From: Bugula neritina
Lineage: Eukaryota > Animalia > Bryozoa
Assembly: GCA_964035545.1 (NCBI GenBank)
Contig: OZ037772.1
Location: forward strand, 6,246,889-6,310,888
Direction of reading: 5' to 3'
Length of the DNA: 64,000 nucleotides
Shown: positions 51,641 to 64,000 of the stretch, piece after piece
Numbering within the stretch: position 1 is the first letter of the stretch
Layout of the letters: the number at the start of each line of letters is the position of its first letter
Notes under the pieces: generated by a model
Database searches by the model: none
What the model saw: the letters and a program-made list of their open reading frames with translations, nothing else
What the model was told of the DNA's origin: nothing
Made by a program: the position numbers and the translations under genes

Positions 51641-53202
51641 ATTTTTGACCATTTGGCACTCCATATTATGGAACCCTGCTCTTTTAAAGCAACACTTTTT
51701 AGAAATACTAAAGCAGGCAAATTTTCACCATTTCAAATGGTCCACCGGCTACATATTTTCACATATAACAGCTGTGATTCTACTATTGCAGTTATATAAA
51801 AAAGTTTCAATTTTCTCACATAATAAAAAGTCATTTTCACAAGGCCTAGTCTATAGTTAGTTCAACAGCTATCTGATAACTATAATACAAATGATGTGCA
51901 TATAGTTTTTTAGTATATAGCACAATAACATAATTATGATAACATATCAATCAGACTATTGTATCATCATGAACTGCTCATGCAATCAGCCAATAGACAA
52001 TAAAATAGCATGAACAAAGTTTAAACAGATATCATAATATAATAATTGACAAATTGACAGATCTATGGTGAGAATATAAATTTAAATCTGGAAAGTTCCG
52101 TGTTGCTTGAAAGCCAACATTCATTAACTATAATGGCTTTGGATTTAACTTAACTAGACTCTTGTTTTCATTATACAAGAATGTGACTATTAAGTCTTTT
52201 TGTGTTATCTACTTAATATTTTGATTATACATTATATAAAAAATCTTTTTAATTTGAGTCTGTTGAAAAGGCAGCACTTTTGAATGTTTAAAACTTAACT
52301 ATGATTTTCTGCTCATATGTCAAAGACATTTTAAATTTACGTTCAGATGCGAAACTTTTTATTCATAGTTCAAACAAATACAGAAAATTTATATACGCAC
52401 ATATGGCTAGTTCATTTTGAATGCCTTTAGTTTGAATTTTGCATTAGGAGCCTGTAAAAAGGTTATCACTAATTGCATGGGAATTATCATTTTCTCACAG
52501 CGCTACTGTTTTTTGAGCCCAAATGTTTGCTTAAACCTAATACATCAACAGAAAAAAAGTTCAACAATAACATACTGAAGCTCTAAACATATTTAGTTTA
52601 CATTATGAACCAGTGTTGATAAAACACTACTCATATGATTGTAAAATTGAAGTAACTGAATTTACATTTTCTTAAAGTTGCGTTTATACTTTTGTTAAAA
52701 ATAGTACTAAGTTTCAGTTAATAACACTTGTCTGCGTACCTCTTTATATCAGTCAAACTAAAAATCGTTGAAATCTCATTGACGCGGAGGCTTACGTTCT
52801 AAAAGTGAAATTTGACTTGCTTAATCGCTATTTAATGCCCTTTGAAAACGTCGTAAATTAGTGAAGTTGACAGCATAAAAGCGATAATTGAGAAGGCGTA
52901 TAGGCGATCTAATTATTAACATATAAGTACATCATCTAATCGCCAAAGTCATTATTAAATAACAATGTGTACAAGGAGCATTTTGAGTGTTATTCTGAAC
53001 TTGGCCGAATTAGTTATTGCAGTACACATTTTTTTCCCGAGTGGCTTCTACAATGCAATGCATCTCAGAGAAATTTCAACTCGGCCAAATTGCATTTATG
53101 ACTGAAAATTGTGAAGGTGTAAACGCAGCTTAAGCTTAGCAAAATGCATTTGCACATACATAGGCATATGCATATCAATTCAGATTCACATACACAGACA
53201 TT

Positions 53203-53405
53203 ACATACGCATATACATACACATACGCATACGCATACGCATACGCATACGCATACGCATACGCATACGCATACGCATACGCATACGCATACGCATACGC
53301 ATACGCATACGCATACGCATACGCATACGCATACGCATACGCATACGCATACGCATACGCATACGCATACGCATACGCATACGCATACGCATACGCATAC
53401 GCATA
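53203..53405. repeat. (GCATAC)n hexanucleotide microsatellite upstream of FReD-3
   Basis: About 30 perfect units. Confidence 0.97.
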
Positions 53406-53520
53406 CACATACACATATACCTACACACATATACCTATACACATACACATCTACACATATACACACATACACCGGTCCTTCGTAGATACTGCAGGAAAAA
53501 AATCCAATGAATCTAAACAT

Positions 53521-53553
53521 TTGAATTTGATTGGCTAGCACAAACTATAAAAA
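53521..53553 (+). promoter_or_regulatory. Putative FReD-3 core promoter: inverted CCAAT + TATA
   Basis: ttgaatttgattggctagcacaaactataaaaa. The TATA is 95 nt before ATG 53641, matching FReD-2. Confidence 0.65.
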
Positions 53554-53640
53554 TCTCAAAAACTCTCGATTTTCTGTATTTTAGTTTTTACTGTAGAACC
53601 ATAAACTCATACTGTTTTGCATAGTTCTATGACTGGAATC

Positions 53641-55848
53641 ATGCACAAATACGTTATATTTGCACTTTTATTTACAGCTTCACTTCAGGCGGTGAGTATA
53701 TATTAGAAGCTATACTTTAACAAACAATTTTTCATGCTATAATATATTTACTACCACTAAAGACACTTATTATATAACTTTGTTTTTAATAATTCACTTC
53801 AGTGACTAAATAAATATCATATTACTTGCAATAAGATGTACACAAGCAACTATTGTATTTTTCACTTTTTAATGTAATATAAAGTAAAGCTAGCTTAATA
53901 TTTATTAAGTGGAGATACTATTATAAGTTTGGCAATGCAATATTGTTATCTTTACGCTTACATTTCTACAAAAGTAACTCGATCACAGCTGGAAAAAAAA
54001 TAGAACTTAAATGCATTTGGGTGATTATGTTCAATATTTGTTTGGCGTTGCAAAAGAATTACCAAAATATCAGAACTGAATGAAATATGCTGCTATGACA
54101 ACAAGTTCATGCATTTACATTACAACCGTTAAACAACATATTTTAGAATTTTGCTCTACATTGCTAGGCTTTCTCCTTTCTGTTTTGCTCTAAAAATGTT
54201 TCATGTTATAATTGGAATTTCATCAAATGAAGAGATAAGATTTAATCTATTTCAATACTTGAGTAGTTAGTTCCACTTTGAGTTATTGTATCTTCAAATA
54301 TTGCATTTTTAGCAAAGTGATGTCAATGAGTATTGCTTAGAGAGAATGAAAACACAACCTTTCTGCAAACCCAGAACATGTTTGGACTTACTGTGTCTTG
54401 GTTTTAATGGTACTAGTGGTGTTTACAAGATCTACCCTACAGGAAATCGTCGTTACTCATTCCGTGTTTTCTGTGATCAGAAAACTGATGGAGGTGGATG
54501 GACTGTGAGTGTTGTTTTCTTGTTTAAAACTAAATGTAAACTTTATGCTACAGTGGTTGTGTAAAATTGCTGTGATTGTTAGAATGTATAGCATGTATTG
54601 CAGTGTTTTTATAGTTATATATTTATATTGTATCATAGCGATTATATTAAGCAACAAAGATATTAAATATAAAACCTGCATGAAACATGCTTTTTTTATT
54701 TTAGACTACTTGATTGACATGTGGTATTGTTAGTTGACAAAATAAATTTCTTTGGTGAGGTGTTCCAAAAAAGAATGGATAGCTCAGTTGACCTAATTAT
54801 TTTTCCTCAATGTTAGGTGTTTCAAAGAAGAATGGATGGTTCAGTTGATTTCTACAGAAACTGGTACAGCTACAAACTGGGTTTTGGTGATTTGAATGGA
54901 GAGTTCTGGCTTGGAAATGACAAGTTGGTAGCTGCTCTGCAAGCCAACCCTAAGAATGAGTTAAGATTTGACCTTGAAAGTACAACCAATGAACAAGCTT
55001 ATGCTGAGTACAGCAGCTTCAATGTCGGTGATGAGTCAACTGACTATATTCTCTCAGTGTCTGGCTATAATGGTACAGCAGGTATGTATTTCTAACAGGA
55101 TGCAAATGTTTGATGAGCAAGGTAAACTTTTATTAGTTGTTCATCATCTGTAACATAATGTTTCATATTGCAACATCTTGCGTCATGTAACTAAATTTTA
55201 CTAAATTGTTGACTATGACTTCAAATAACTTTGATTCAAACATCTTGTGTTGCATTATAAAAGCTTTAGCTTATTTACTTGGAATGTATGAAGTTTTTGA
55301 AACTCTATAACTATCTAATTTGTTTGATAAATTCTTTGTTAAAATTATAGTTCTACTTAATCAGAATCTGCAGTTAACTTGTCGCAAATTACTGTTTGAG
55401 AATTGTTGTTTTCTTTCAACTAAAGTAACTAGCCTATTTTATAACAATTTACTCAAAAAAGCTACTTAAAGGCTAAGCCGATTTGAATTCGATTTTCACC
55501 GAGCATCAAAATATGAATTTTAATCGAGCAATTAAAAGAACTTTATTCACTTCATGAAGATAGTTCATTATAAATTAATGAAGTGTCTAATTTTCAGGAG
55601 ACAGCTTTTCTGTTCACAATGCAATGAAGTTTTCAACACGAGATAGAGACAATGACGTTGAGTCAACCAATTGTGCAGCTCAATACCATGGTGCTTGGTG
55701 GTATATCAAATGTCATGCTTCAAACTTGAATGGCAAATACTTGAATGGCACTCATACTTCTTTTGCTGATGGTGTTTTCTGGAAAACCTGGAAAGGATAC
55801 CGTTATTCTCTCAAGACCACAGCGATGAAATTTCGTGGATATCTGTAA
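53641..55848 (+). CDS. FReD-3, complete secreted fibrinogen-related lectin, 252 aa. Exons 53641-53691, 54313-54504, 54817-55081, 55598-55848
   Basis: Signal exon MHKYVIFALLFTASLQA|gtgagt. 759 nt is open, with all fibrinogen C-domain motifs including [15 protein letters not shown]. Confidence 0.92.
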
Positions 55849-57341
55849 TTTCTCAGGTTAACATGTAGTAATCGCAAAGTTTGAACTATTCACTTCAGTT
55901 AACAAATATGCTTTGTTGCTTTTTTTGCTTTTGTATAAATTACGTACAATTTTTGTAAAAGTCAAGCACCAAAATTTTGCCTGTTTAATATTTTTGAGTA
56001 ATATGTTATATGAAACTCTAATAGAAAAAAATGATTGTCACTTATAAAATTTACAAATGTTTAAATAAAAGGCTTTTATAGACTCCTTCTTGCCAACACT
56101 AAAAATCTTTTTACTGCAGATCATTGCATGCAGTCTATTGCTAGTTTTGTTTTTCTGCATTATTTTGCAAAAATTTCATTGTAGATTTGATGGCAGCAAT
56201 CATTAGGTAAATCTTACATATCTATGCCAGCACATGCCCTCATCTTGTCATGTTATTTTTGTTAAATTTCAATAACTATACGAAACATTGCATAACAAAG
56301 AATTATAAAATCTTAGTGATTTGTACAAAACAATATAAACAGTTAAAATGGCTCTGTTGAAATCAAAATTAAATCCAATCATTTAGGGTATATAGGTATT
56401 ATCTATTTGCCTATCAATATATATTATGTCAATCTTGCATATATTAGTCATAAATTTGGATATTTTTTAAATATTCGCAAGTGCTGCTTTTCAATTCAAC
56501 AAATACTTTAAATATATTCAAACTGAAAAAGTCTTCCATTACGATGTTAAAGCTTGTGGCTGATTGCAACTCTGTATAATTACAATGAGTTATCAAGAAC
56601 ACAAGGAGAGACCATATAAACCTTGTATAATAAAAGCAAAAGTTATACAAAGTTACAAAAGTTGGTAAATTTTGGTTTTCACGTCTAACACGGAACTTCT
56701 TCAAAGCCGAGATTCTCACCATAGATCTGTCAATATCTTTCTTATGTTATCTATTTGAACTTTGTTCATCCCATTCTCTTGTCGTTGCGCTGATTGAAAG
56801 AGCAGCTGTACTGACATATAGTATAGTTATTATTTGTTACTGTATATTGTGCTATGCTATAAAGTTATGTACATTATATGTGTTATAGTATTTAAATTAT
56901 AGCTAACTATGATGTGGGAATATACTTTTTAGTTTATGGGAAAAAAAATGAAAATTTTGCAGTAGGTATTGCGAAAATTTGTATAGGTATAATAGACTAT
57001 TTAACACCATAGAATTCTCTGTGTTTGTACTGCCTAAAAACATCAATTTGAAAGAGTGGCTTTAACAGGTGCTGGAGATGTTTTTTCAAAGTTTTCTTTT
57101 ATTTGTGATTAAGTACCAATCTTGCCAAAGGCGAAGAGGGCCAGTTTTCTACACTATAAATTTTCCTGAACAGATATACAGTGTTAGAGGCCAACAAAAC
57201 TTTTATAAATAATTTTAAATCGAATGGATTACTCGCCTATACACAACAAAATATAGCAAAGCATAACATGTATCATTTAAAGAATTATGTGGCCCAATAT
57301 ATAATAAACCCAATCATTTATTTTTGTGTGAGAAATTTTAG

Positions 57342-58005
57342 ATATGACTGCTACATCAAGCAGCATGTATAGATCACACCTTTCAGGGATCAAGGCTATT
57401 GACGGAATTTATCTTCCCTCTGAATCTGGGTTGGAAGAAAATGATAATTTATTTGTCAGTGATAGAGAAACGTCTCCATGGCTGCAAATAGACTTAACCA
57501 CCAAACACTTTGTTGAAGGTGTCAAAATATGGGACAGGTCTGAGAGCAGCGTTCAAGGTCCGTGAAATGTTCGTGCAGCTGTTGTATAATATTGATGTTT
57601 TATCTATTTCAATAGTGTCTGAACAAATTAGTGGTGAGTTATTTGTATTTAATGATAATATACATAGATGTTTGCAATAATATACTTGTAATATTTTTAT
57701 ATTCTCAAAATTAAATTCAAGTTAATACAAAACTAGTTTTCAAATTTATAGATCACAATGATCGACTAGCAAATGTGAGAGTAGCAGTTGGTGAAACTGA
57801 CACCAACTTTGATGATCCACTAGAAGATGAGATCTGTGACTACCTTCCTGGACAACCACCTGCAGATATATTTTTGGTTACATGTCATACTAGAATGTAT
57901 GGCAGATATGTGAGAGTAACAGCTGTTGAAGTGAATGACCATTTTAGTATTTATGAGCTTGAAATCCATGAGTTAGAAATTGTTGAACAGCCTGCTAACA
58001 ACTAA
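57342..58005 (+). pseudogene. 5'-truncated copy F: F-type lectin exons only (57342-57557, 57752-58005); exon-3 remnant at ~57114-57130
   Basis: Both exons are open with intact splice sites. Remnant taccaatcttgccaaag|gcgaag. Upstream ~56.4-57.1 kb is an inverted relative of the ~51.7-52.3 kb sequence. Confidence 0.75.
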
Positions 58006-59740
58006 TGTGATGCAATCTTACTTGCAAAGACTTAAGCCTACTATTATGTGCTTGAAGGTGTGTGTATACGCACACGCATCAAAGTATATATAGATGTTAG
58101 AGTTGTATGGTTACAGGTGAAAATGGCACAGGTAAATCAGATTGGCGCAGGTAAAAATGGTACAGGTGATAAACGGACATGCAGTACTAATCACACAAAT
58201 TGGCAAATAACAATGAAATGGTACATTTTAGGGTTTGGGGTGAGATTTATGATTATATAGAAGGTTTATCATAGTGTGGAATTTAGGGGTAAGTTTTTGA
58301 ATTTAAAGTTTGAGCTTGGGGTGGGGTTTAGAGATTGTATTTGAGTTTGGGGTTTGTTGTTGGGAAAGTTTACCTACCTTTTTACCTACTTTTCCATTTG
58401 TGCCATTATTACCTGCGTTATTTCTGCCCACGCCATTTTCACTTCTGTTACTTTTACCTAAAATTGCATTGTTAATTATAACGACATAATTCAAAACATG
58501 CGCATACATAACTGATATGCGATATATTAAGTACAAAAATCAATAAACATCCATAAATAGACATTGGGGTGAATTAAATCTATAACTATTGCATCTACTA
58601 ACACTATATCAGTTGTCATCTAAGTGTTTGTTGGCATAATTAGGTAGAATTTAGAGATGTTGTAACTGGTGTCTGTACTGTTCAGCTCAAGTGTATTGTG
58701 ACATTACATTGTTTGCTGTTATGTAAATTAACCATATAGAAGAGTTGGATTAACATTTATATAAATGTAGGTTGGGAAAAAAAGTGTTGTTTAGGTATAA
58801 TATGACCATAAATTGTTATGCAGTACTTAGCAGTGAATCATAAATGTCAAACTGTTTGTTAGATAACACTATACACATATTTGTTTAATAACATTTTAGT
58901 TAATATTATTTAAACACTAAAATTATTATAAATAATATAGTTGTTATAATGCTGTGTTGTTTTTTGCACCATACTGTAATTTTTGCTTATTTTTTTTGTT
59001 CTATCTTTAATACTATATCACCACGCATAGTTCAATTTTATGGCATACAAGCATTGTATACCCTATATAGGGCCATAACTGTTGCAAAGCGTCTATCATA
59101 AAAGCTGTTTAATAACTACCACACTTTTTGTGACCTTAAATATTTGAAATTTTTCTACAGTCTGACATGAAATAAAACGATATTTACTAGACAAACAACT
59201 TTTTCAAAAAGAAAAATACGATCAGCACCGATAAAAACAGAAAAGACACTATCACAGTAATAAAGGTGTCAGAACTGATGCTTAGTTGCTTCTTTTTAAG
59301 TGAGATGACAAAAGTTCTGTATGTTTGATAAAAAAAGCTCTTTACAAGGCAGAACTAGTTTAACAATTATTGCAGTCAATCTAATAAGCTGCGTGAAGAA
59401 CATCTATTAATTATTAGAAACTCTAGCACTGAACTCAGCTTAACACCTTTGCTCATTCCCAAATATAAACAAAAAAATAACTGCACTTTTTAGGTTCAGG
59501 TTTGAAGTTGGAGGCATAAGTTTGAACTTTAAACCTCCACTACAAATTCAGGACTTTCAAGCTATACTGCACTCAGTCACCCTCAATTGAGAGCTCCGAA
59601 ATAAAATCAACATGAAATTGCCACATAGAGTCTAAACTGCAAAAAAACATGTGTTAGGAGTTACCTGCTCCATTCAATAGATTGACTGGGAGAACAGTAC
59701 TGAATAGGCCAATTGTACTTAGCCAGGGCTTCACTGGTCC

Positions 59741-60020
<280 letters not shown>

Positions 60021-60051
60021 CATTTCATTTTAATGTAATAAAGTAAAGCTA

Positions 60052-60806
60052 CACAGGATAGTTAAGGGCAACCTTTTAGTTCTAGCTGCTATGCTGATGA
60101 TGCATTGTTATCATATAAGAATTCAGTCCCAGTGCAATAAAATCTTACCTAATTGTGCTAGAATCAAAATTTAAAAACTATGTTGTAGATAGCTTTCTTC
60201 CTCAGCGCGGTCTTTTTGGAATTTTTAATTTTCCATTTTTTGGCTAAGCTACAGACAAAAAACTACCTTTTTTTTCCTATTTTTAGCTGAAAAAACATCA
60301 TGTCAGTCCCAGTAAAATATCTCAGCAGGAAAACATAATATCTGAAAAAAGAAAACACTGTTGGAATCCTGAGATGTTTCTACAGCGCGATTTTTGTAAT
60401 GTTTTTAATAGCTTTTATAGATTTTCTATAAATTAGTGATTTATAAGCTAAAAATTAGATAATTTTTCTTTACTAATAAGCACTGCGCATCACTTCACGC
60501 GTCAGTGAACGCGTAGAGATGAGAAGATATTGGCTTGTCCATTACTAATTACAGACCTGCTAGCCTACAAGCTAGTGAATAGCTTGATGTGTAATTCATT
60601 TATAGAGTAGCCACAATGGAATGTTGATATATAATGCAGCCCTAATTGAGCTTGCTGTTTATTGGTCATAGTCTAATATTAGGCTAAACATACACAGGCA
60701 GGCAACACGCATGCCACCCACAGAACAATATTATAGCAAGAACCTAGACTACATTGTGAGCTAAATTTATGATATTCTTAGTAAGGATGCCCTTAACTAT
60801 CCTGTG
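60052..60806. mobile_element. Second copy of the cacaggatagttaagggca-TIR MITE (755 bp), TA target duplication
   Basis: aaagtaaagcTA[cacagg...cctgtg]TAgcttaatattt. Empty site aaagtaaagcTAgcttaatattt in FReD-3 intron 1 (53881-53903). Confidence 0.93.
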
Positions 60807-61228
60807 TAGCTTAATATTTAATAAGTGGGGATACTATATTAAGTTTCGCAATGCAATATTGTTATCTTTACGCTTACATTTTTGCAAAAGTAACTCAATC
60901 ACATCTGAACAAAAATTTAAACTTAAATGCATTTGGGTGATTATGTTCAATATTTGTTTGGCGTTGCAAAAGAATTACCAAAATATCAGAACTGAATGAA
61001 ATATGCTGCTATGACAACAAGCTCATGCATTTACATTACGACTGTTAAACAACATATTTTAGAATTTTGCTCTACATTGCTAGGTTTTCTCCTTTCTGTT
61101 TTGCTTTAAAAAAATTTCATGTTATAAATGGAAGTTCATCAAATGAAGAGATAAGATTTAATCTATTTCAATACTTGAGTAGTTAGTTCCACTTTGAGTT
61201 ATTGTATCTTCAAATATTGCATTTTCAG

Positions 61229-61420
61229 CAAAGTGAGATAGATGAGTATTGCTTAGAGAGAATGAAGACACAACCTTTCTGCAAACCCAGAACATGTTTG
61301 GACTTACTGTGTCTTGGTTTTAATGGTACTAGTGGTGTCTACAAGATCTACCCGACAGGAAATCGTCGCTACTCATTTCGTGTCTTCTGTGATCAGAAAA
61401 CTGATGGAGGTGGATGGACT
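61229..61420 (+). pseudogene. FReD-4: exon 2 only, a recent duplicate of FReD-3; exon 1 absent; intron 2 interrupted at 61670
   Basis: QSEIDEYCLERMKTQPFCKPRTC...DGGGWT|gtgagt. 60809-61669 is nearly identical to 53893-54750. The remaining exons may lie beyond the window. Confidence 0.78.
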
Positions 61421-61669
61421 GTGAGTGTTGTTTTCTTGTTTAAAACTAAATGTAAACTTTTTGCTACAGTGGTTGTGTGAAATTGCTGTGATTGTTAGAA
61501 TATATAGCATGTATTGCAATGTTTTTATAGTTATATATTTATGTTGTATCATAGTGATTATATTAAGCAACAAAGGTATTAAATATGAAACCTGCATAAA
61601 ACATGCTCTTTCTACTTTAGACTGCTTGATTGACATGTGGTATTGTTAGTTGACAAAATAAATTTCCTT

Positions 61670-64000
61670 CACAGCATAGTTAAGGTCATCCCCAGCAAAG
61701 AATCATCTCATAATCTAGTCTCAGTTCCTATATGCTAATGCTCTGTGGGCGGCATGCGTATTGCCTACTTGTTATAATTTAGCATGAGGTTGAACAATTG
61801 CCAACATTAGCTAGGGCTGCGCCTATATTTCCATTGCAACTATTATCACTATCTATTGAGCAAGCACGTGGTCGTGGCACGCCTCAGCATCACATTATTA
61901 TTACAACAGGCTGGTGCATGGTTCATTTCATGTACAATATACTTGATGCACAAAAAAAGATGGATTTCATAACTTCTGTTCAGCCAACAATGTAAAACTA
62001 TTTCAGATTCTGGAAGCAAGCTAAATGTTTATACCTTTACTCAATATTTATCTATTTGGCTAGTCTAATGAAATAATTATTGACAATAACTTTTGAAATG
62101 ATAATGCAGATATTATTTAAATAACTTAGAATGCAGATGCAACAAATAGTTTAGAGAGGTGCTCTTTTCTCAAAACATAATGTTTTCAGGCTAGACTATT
62201 TATATATATCTGCTCAATACTATTGACTGACCTTAAACCAATAATACCTTTATTATTAAAACCATTTTTAGTTGCACCAACTAAAAGCTAAAATTGACTT
62301 CTTAGTGCTGACTCTTACTATCAGTTACAGACAGCCCAATAGCTTAGCATAGTAAAGAGACTTGTGTAGGTAAGATAGTTATGTGTGTGCGAATTTATTG
62401 GTAGCTGTAAGGGGCATATATGCAGTATTTTGTGTGACTGCTTTGAGTTTGGGTAAAGGATTTGATTGCTGCAAGTTTCTAATAATGCTATAGTACTTGT
62501 GTTGTCCCTTTGGCACTATAGTACAAGCATTAATCAACACTCATTGAAGTGAGTTGGAACTTATATATAAAAGGTTAAAACGTGAGCCTGTGCTATAAAT
62601 ATTCTATTTGCTTCCTGTTGTATACAGTCTAAACTCTGAAGAGTCCAATCAAGCCTACATGGCTTCTAGCTGAATGTCCAAATTGACTATGAGCTATATC
62701 TTGTTGCTCAACACTGGGCTACTGGGCACTGCTGGCAACTGCTAACGCAGTGTTCACTCAAGCATGATATCATGGACTTGTGTACCAACTCAGAGCCAAG
62801 ATTATCAACTGTTTTATGTTTCTAAATTTAGCATCTAATAGAAAAAGCTGTGTCTAGTTAGAGTGTTAGACTGACTGACACCATTCTTGCCTGAGTTAAA
62901 CAGTCAAGATGAAAAGTTTTAATCTTAGCTAGGCAAGTATTGAGATTTTGAAAAGAAAGCCTTCTTAAGATAAAATTAAAGATATCCATTGAGGATTCGG
63001 ATTTTTCCAGTCTTATAGGTGTCATTTAATTAGCTCAAATATTAGCAATGCATTAGCCTATCTGCCATATTTTGATACTGCAGATATAACATTCCATAAA
63101 AAGAATTGACTTAAGAATTTAGGCATGTGTAACAAATCAACCAGATTTATTTAAACACTGAATAGCCATTACTAAAGATCACAACAAAAATCAGTGTGGA
63201 TCTTAAAGCATAACATAATTATTTTATATCTGTATGATCAGGCATAGAAGTAACAAGTTCAATAAATAAATTGAACATGCAGAAGGTATAACAGCTGTGA
63301 ACTATTGTGAAGGAGCAAATCAGGTCTTTTTATAGAAATACATCCTATACGTATATTACAAACATGGAGGAAATAATAGGTTAGTATCCTAATTGTTTTT
63401 CTCAAACTTTAAATAATGAATAATGGCAAGACTGACTTTGTAAAGAAGCAGAATCTATAGAAAATCAAGCTGCAAAAGCCTAACCAAAAGACACATTGCT
63501 AGGGTGATTAGTCCTATCGATTATTTTAAGTTTAATTTTAGTTTTTATATCCTTTGATAAAAGTCCTATTTCCACAGGTAGAGTCTTGAGATATAGGTGT
63601 CAATTGTAGAGTATTATCCTTTTTGAATAAAAAAAGAGTAGAGTGGAGTAGAGAATCTAAAGATCCTATAAGAGCTGCAGCTGACATTATAGAAAGGATG
63701 TCCTGAGTAGACATACTAGCATTTCTTTGACAAAACCTGGTCATCTAGTAGTCCACTTCATCTAAAATACAAATACCAGTTTTCTCAATATATGCAAAAG
63801 TAATTTCCAACATTTTCAATTTGAATTAACATGCTCATATACACCACAGTTAGTACTATAATAGTCTATATTTTGTAACATCTACTTATACCGTAATTAC
63901 ATAAAAGCTGCTGGTAACTGTTTAAAAGACACAGCTCATAATTACAATTATTACGTTGAATGCTCCCTTAAGATTGCATTTTTCAAATAATTCCCCATTA
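61670..64000. mobile_element. Terminus and body of a longer relative of the MITE family, in opposite orientation; right end not seen
   Basis: cacagcatagttaaggtcatcc...ctctgtgggcggcatgcgtattgccta matches the reverse complement of the MITE right end. Extent beyond ~61850 is inferred. Confidence 0.5.

Noticed and set aside
62600-63780. Possible degenerate transposase within the terminal element, including ORF 63538-63744
   Set aside because: Only short coding-looking patches with stops and no recognisable motif; a translated search is needed.

Overview
AT-rich, intron-containing animal DNA, probably from an invertebrate; the taxon cannot be fixed from sequence alone. The window is a mixed tandem cluster of two unrelated secreted lectin-like gene families that alternate along the DNA. 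Family 1 has four fibrinogen-related (FReD, ficolin/tachylectin-5-like) copies: FReD-1 at 135-1599 (5' exon outside the window), FReD-2 at 25889-28032 (nonsense codon), FReD-3 at 53641-55848 (complete, 252 aa) and FReD-4, an orphan exon at 61229-61420. Family 2 has about seven copies of a 5-exon gene encoding signal peptide + two PAN/Apple-like modules + an atypical F-type lectin (fucolectin, F5/8C-fold) domain. Copies B (minus, 9365-14929) and E (47651-50466) are complete. Copies A, C, D and F lack 5' exons, and there are extra 5' exon duplicates. Paralogs share near-identical framework blocks, differ in predicted ligand-binding loops, and include clear chimaeras. All introns of the PAN-F-lectin genes are phase 1. 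Between the genes lie a ~10.5 kb array of a ~2-2.6 kb repeat, RTE and CR1/L2-type LINE fragments, tRNA-derived SINEs, a solo LTR, TIR DNA elements confirmed by paralogous empty sites, long hairpins and many microsatellites. Exon boundaries and alignments were derived by eye, and no database searches were run.
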